62,367 nt of DNA from Bifidobacterium breve (GTDB taxonomy: Bacteria > Myxococcota_A > UBA796 > SXON01), in assembly GCA_943328795.2 (NCBI GenBank), contig CALQBK020000003.1, positions 1-62,367 of the forward strand, read 5' to 3'. This document shows, piece by piece, positions 59,017 to 62,367 of the stretch. The notes below the pieces were generated by a model that saw nothing but the letters and a program-made list of their open reading frames with translations, searched no databases and had not been told where the DNA came from. The translations under genes were made by a program, and so were the position numbers. Position 1 is the stretch's first letter; every line of letters starts with the position of its first letter.

Positions 59017-60126
59017 ATGCGCTCATTTTCTGGTTCCCTCGTCTTGGTCGCTCTCCTCGGTACCCTCGCTGGGTGTGACGGTGGCGACGCGCCGAAGGAC
59101 AAGCCCGCGGCCTCCACGACCGTCGCGACCGACATCGGCGACGTGATCGCGACCGTGAACGGCGTGCAGATCGGCTCCAAGGAGTTCGAGCAGGCCGCGG
59201 CCCGCAAGACCCCCGCGAGCGGCGACTCGCTCTCGATCGAGGAGAAGAAGGAGGTCCTCCAGACCCTCGTCGAGGAGAAGCTCCTGTACGCCGAGGCCAT
59301 GCGCAAGGGCGTCGACAAGGACCCCAAGGTGCAGAAGGTCATGGTCAACACGCTCGTTCGCGAGGACGTGTTCAACCAAATCAAGAACTCCGACTTCTCG
59401 GACGAGGTCCTGCAGGCCTACTACGACGCGCACAAGGACGAGTTCATCGTCCCCGAGAAGGTGCAGATCAAGCGCATCCTGATCAAGACCGGGCCTGACC
59501 GCACCGAGGACCAGGCCAAGAAGCAGGCCGAGGACATCCGCTCGCAGGTCGACAAGAACCCGGACAGCTTCAAGGACCTCGCGTCCAAGTTCTCCGAGGA
59601 TCCGTACAAGCACCGCGGCGGCGACGTCGGGTTCGTGTCCAAGGAGGGCAAGCCGGGCCTGGACCAGGCGGTGGTGGACAAGGCGTTCACGGTCGAGGTC
59701 GGCAAGGTGTCCGACGTGTTCAAGACGGACGACGGCTACAACGTGCTCCTCGTCGCGGCGAAGCGCGAGCAGCTCGAGCGCACCTTCCAACAGATGAAGG
59801 GCACGGTGCTCCGCAAGGCGAAGAACGCGAAGCAGGAAGACGCGTACAAGGCCTACGTCGACGCGCTGAAGACGAGCGCCAAGATCGAGATCGACGACGC
59901 CAAGCTTGGCGCCATCGAGATCAAGAGCCAGCACCGGCCGTTCGCTCCCGGCTTGGGCGAGGGCGAGGAAGGCGAGGAGGGCGCCGGTGAGATGGCCCCG
60001 CCGGACGGCGCCGACGCGCCCGCCGCGGGCGACGGCCCCAAGCCCGTCATGCCCGGCCCGGGCGGGATGGGTGGCCGGCCGATGCCGGGTCGCCCGCTGC
60101 CCGCGCGGCCGGGCGGCGCTCAGTAA
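59017..60126 (+). CDS. Parvulin-type peptidyl-prolyl isomerase lipoprotein
   Basis: LAGC lipobox, IATVNG, FKDLASKFSED..RGGDVG, VSDVFKTDDGY. Confidence 0.92.
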   Translation: MRSFSGSLVLVALLGTLAGCDGGDAPKDKPAASTTVATDIGDVIATVNGVQIGSKEFEQAAARKTPASGDSLSIEEKKEVLQTLVEEKLLYAEAMRKGVDKDPKVQKVMVNTLVREDVFNQIKNSDFSDEVLQAYYDAHKDEFIVPEKVQIKRILIKTGPDRTEDQAKKQAEDIRSQVDKNPDSFKDLASKFSEDPYKHRGGDVGFVSKEGKPGLDQAVVDKAFTVEVGKVSDVFKTDDGYNVLLVAAKREQLERTFQQMKGTVLRKAKNAKQEDAYKAYVDALKTSAKIEIDDAKLGAIEIKSQHRPFAPGLGEGEEGEEGAGEMAPPDGADAPAAGDGPKPVMPGPGGMGGRPMPGRPLPARPGGAQ

Positions 60127-60131
60127 ACGTC

Positions 60132-61226
60132 GTGGGCGACTTCGGGATGGGCCGTCGGGTCATGCTGTCCAGCGTGATCCTGCTCGCATCGCTGACCGCG
60201 CGGCCAGCGATGGCGGCGAAGCCCCCGGTCGCCCCGGTTCAGCCGGCGGCCCAGCCGCTCGCGGTGCCCGACGGCACGGCGGTCGCTGCGCCGGCCGAGC
60301 CTGCGTCGCCGCCGATCGCGCTGCCGCCCCGGTTGTTGTCGACCGACGGCGTAGTGGCCGACCGCGTCGTCGCGGTCGTGAACGATGACGTCGTGCTGCT
60401 CTCCGAGGTCTACGCGTTTGACACGTACATCGACGAGCAGGTCGCGGCCGGGCCGGACGCCGCCGCTGCGCGCGCGCAGGCCGAGCGCGAGGTGGTGGAT
60501 CGCATCCTCCAGCAGCGGCTCGTCGCGCAAGAGGTGCAGCGGTTGAGCCTGGAGGTCAACGACCAGGAGATCGACCGCAACATCGACGACATCGCGCAGC
60601 GTAACGGCCTCGACAGGGACCAGCTGCGCGCGGAGGTCGAGAAGGAGATGACCTGGGCCGCGTACCGGGCTGAGCTGGCGAAGGGCCTCCAGGAGATGAA
60701 GTTCGCGCAGTCGGTGCTCCGGCCGCGCATCAACATCACCGAAGACGAGCTGCGGGACGCGTTCATCCGGATGACGAGCGACTCCCCGCAGGTGGCCGAC
60801 GTGATGGCGATCTTCCTGTCGTGGCCCGTCGGCGGCGACGAGGCGGCGCGCGAGGTGGTGCGCCAAAAGGCGGCCAAGGTGTCCGCAGAGGCCACCGCAG
60901 GCGACTTTGCCGCAGTGTCGAAGCAGTACGACGAGGGGCCGTTCGGCGCGGTTGGCGGCGAGATGGGCAAGTTCAAGCCCGGCGAGCTGGTCGGGGCGCT
61001 CGACGAGGCCGTGCAGCACACGGCGACGGGGGCGGTGAGCGCGCCTGTCGAGACCGCGCAGGGGATCTTCCTGTTGAAGGTCGCGTCGCGCGCCGCGGGG
61101 GACACAGACTTCGAGGCGATGCGCCCGAAGCTCGAGGAGGCCGTCTTCCAGAGCCGCATGGCCGAGGAAGAGGAGCGCTGGTTCCAGCAAGCGCGTCGCG
61201 CCGCGGCCATTCGGATCCTGCTCTGA
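60132..61226 (+). CDS. surA: SurA-like periplasmic chaperone/PPIase
   Basis: DRVVAVVNDDVVLLSE, GGEMG, VSAPVET; directly upstream of pdxA. Confidence 0.88.
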   Translation: MGDFGMGRRVMLSSVILLASLTARPAMAAKPPVAPVQPAAQPLAVPDGTAVAAPAEPASPPIALPPRLLSTDGVVADRVVAVVNDDVVLLSEVYAFDTYIDEQVAAGPDAAAARAQAEREVVDRILQQRLVAQEVQRLSLEVNDQEIDRNIDDIAQRNGLDRDQLRAEVEKEMTWAAYRAELAKGLQEMKFAQSVLRPRINITEDELRDAFIRMTSDSPQVADVMAIFLSWPVGGDEAAREVVRQKAAKVSAEATAGDFAAVSKQYDEGPFGAVGGEMGKFKPGELVGALDEAVQHTATGAVSAPVETAQGIFLLKVASRAAGDTDFEAMRPKLEEAVFQSRMAEEEERWFQQARRAAAIRILL

Positions 61227-61249
61227 TCCCAGCGCGGCGTTGCCCGCTG

Positions 61250-62143
61250 GTGGTCACGCCGGGGGACCCGCTCGGGATCGGCCCCGAGGTCGCTGTGCGG
61301 GGCCTACGCCGGTCGGGGGCAGACGCCGTGATGGTCGGCGACGTCGCCGCGGTGCTGAGGTTCGCGCCCGAGGTCGCGGTGGTGCGCTCGCTTGTCGAGG
61401 GGAGCGGGCTGCGCGTGTTGGCGCCGCCGCCGGGGGACGAGCCGGTCGAGGTCCGGGCGATCCGCTACGGCGTGGCGGCGTGCCTCGCCGGGGACGCGCG
61501 CGCGCTGGTGACGGGGCCGATCCACAAGGCCCGGCTCGCCGCGGCGGGGTTCCACCACGCGGGCCACACCGAGTTCTTGGCCGAGCTCTGCGGGGTGGAG
61601 CGGCCGGTCATGGCGTTCACCGGCGGCGAGTTCCGCGTCGCGCTCGTCACGGTGCACCTGCCCTTGCGGGCCGTGCCGGACGCGATCACCGTCGAAGCCG
61701 TCGTTCACACGCTGCGGACCGCGCACAGGGCGCTCCGAGACCAGCGGGGGATCGCCGCGCCCCGGCTGCTCGTGTGCGGGCTGAACCCGCACGCGGGGGA
61801 CGCCGGCTTGCTCGGCCGGGAGGAGATTGACGTGATCGCGCCCGCGATCGCCGTCGCTCGCGGGGAGGGGATCGACGCGCGTGGCCCGGTGAGCGCTGAG
61901 ACCGCGTTCTCGGACCCGCGCGCCAGCGACATGATCGTCGCGATGTACCACGACCAGGGGCTCGCACCGCTCAAGCGAGGCGACTTCGGGCGCTCGGTCA
62001 ACTGGACGCTTGGTTTGCCGATCGTGCGCACGAGCGTCGACCACGGCACCGCGGACGACCTGGTCGGGACGGGCAAGGCGAGCGCGGAGAGCATGGTGGC
62101 AGCGCTCGCCCTCGCGATGGAGCTCACCGCGGCGCTTTCATGA
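61250..62143 (+). CDS. pdxA: 4-hydroxythreonine-4-phosphate dehydrogenase (start may be CTG at 61223)
   Basis: GDPLGIGPE, PIHK, GHTEFL, GLNPHAG, MYHDQG, RTSVDHGTA. Confidence 0.96.
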   Translation: MVTPGDPLGIGPEVAVRGLRRSGADAVMVGDVAAVLRFAPEVAVVRSLVEGSGLRVLAPPPGDEPVEVRAIRYGVAACLAGDARALVTGPIHKARLAAAGFHHAGHTEFLAELCGVERPVMAFTGGEFRVALVTVHLPLRAVPDAITVEAVVHTLRTAHRALRDQRGIAAPRLLVCGLNPHAGDAGLLGREEIDVIAPAIAVARGEGIDARGPVSAETAFSDPRASDMIVAMYHDQGLAPLKRGDFGRSVNWTLGLPIVRTSVDHGTADDLVGTGKASAESMVAALALAMELTAALS

Positions 62144-62367
62144 TCCCCGGGAACTGCACGCCGGCGCGCGGGTCGACTCCCTGGTACTGCATCTGCGCGT
62201 GGCCGACCTGCACCGTGAAGTCGAAGTCCGGCAGGTAGACGCGCCCGTCCTTCGCGATCAGCTCCGCCGGCGGGTTCGGGAATGGCCCCGCGATCTTGAA
62301 CGCCTGCACGACGCACTCGTCCATCGGCCCGTTGCCCGAGTCCCGGGTCACGACGATGTTGTCCAGC
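62124..62367 (-). CDS. TonB C-terminal-domain protein, 3' end only (runs off the window)
   Basis: SGNGPMDECVVQAFKIAGPFPNPP resembles TonB_2/TolA C-termini; frame open to the window edge. Confidence 0.7.
   Translation of the reverse strand, partial: LDNIVVTRDSGNGPMDECVVQAFKIAGPFPNPPAELIAKDGRVYLPDFDFTVQVGHAQMQYQGVDPRAGVQFPGIMKAPR

Overview
Very GC-rich (about 70% by eye), gene-dense bacterial chromosome segment, most consistent with a Myxococcota/deltaproteobacterial organism. The basis is the yceD-rpmF-plsX-acpP-fabF-rpiB-glyA order, the ppiC-surA-pdxA block, Hanks kinases, FHA/PEGA/WD40 proteins and many acidic lipoproteins. It holds about 62 CDS and one tRNA-Arg(CCG). I see no CRISPR array, prophage or intact transposase. 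Most notable signals: (1) about 16 unit-leading ATGs have a TA-initiated hexamer 11-13 nt upstream and no SD, suggesting pervasive leaderless transcription with a relaxed -10 box; (2) several exported proteins have ultra-short signal peptides and D-[S/T]-[G/A] repeats, in a window that also encodes a DprE1-like oxidase and an AftB-like GT-C transferase (possible glycosylation system); (3) an FHA-wHTH regulator, a novel protein and a kinase-WD40 gene form one module carrying three same-direction frameshifts; (4) three structured intergenic elements occur: a CTAG-bounded MITE-like palindrome, a long hairpin downstream of the tRNA, and an AT-rich perfect inverted repeat. All family calls come from motif recognition by eye, not database searches.
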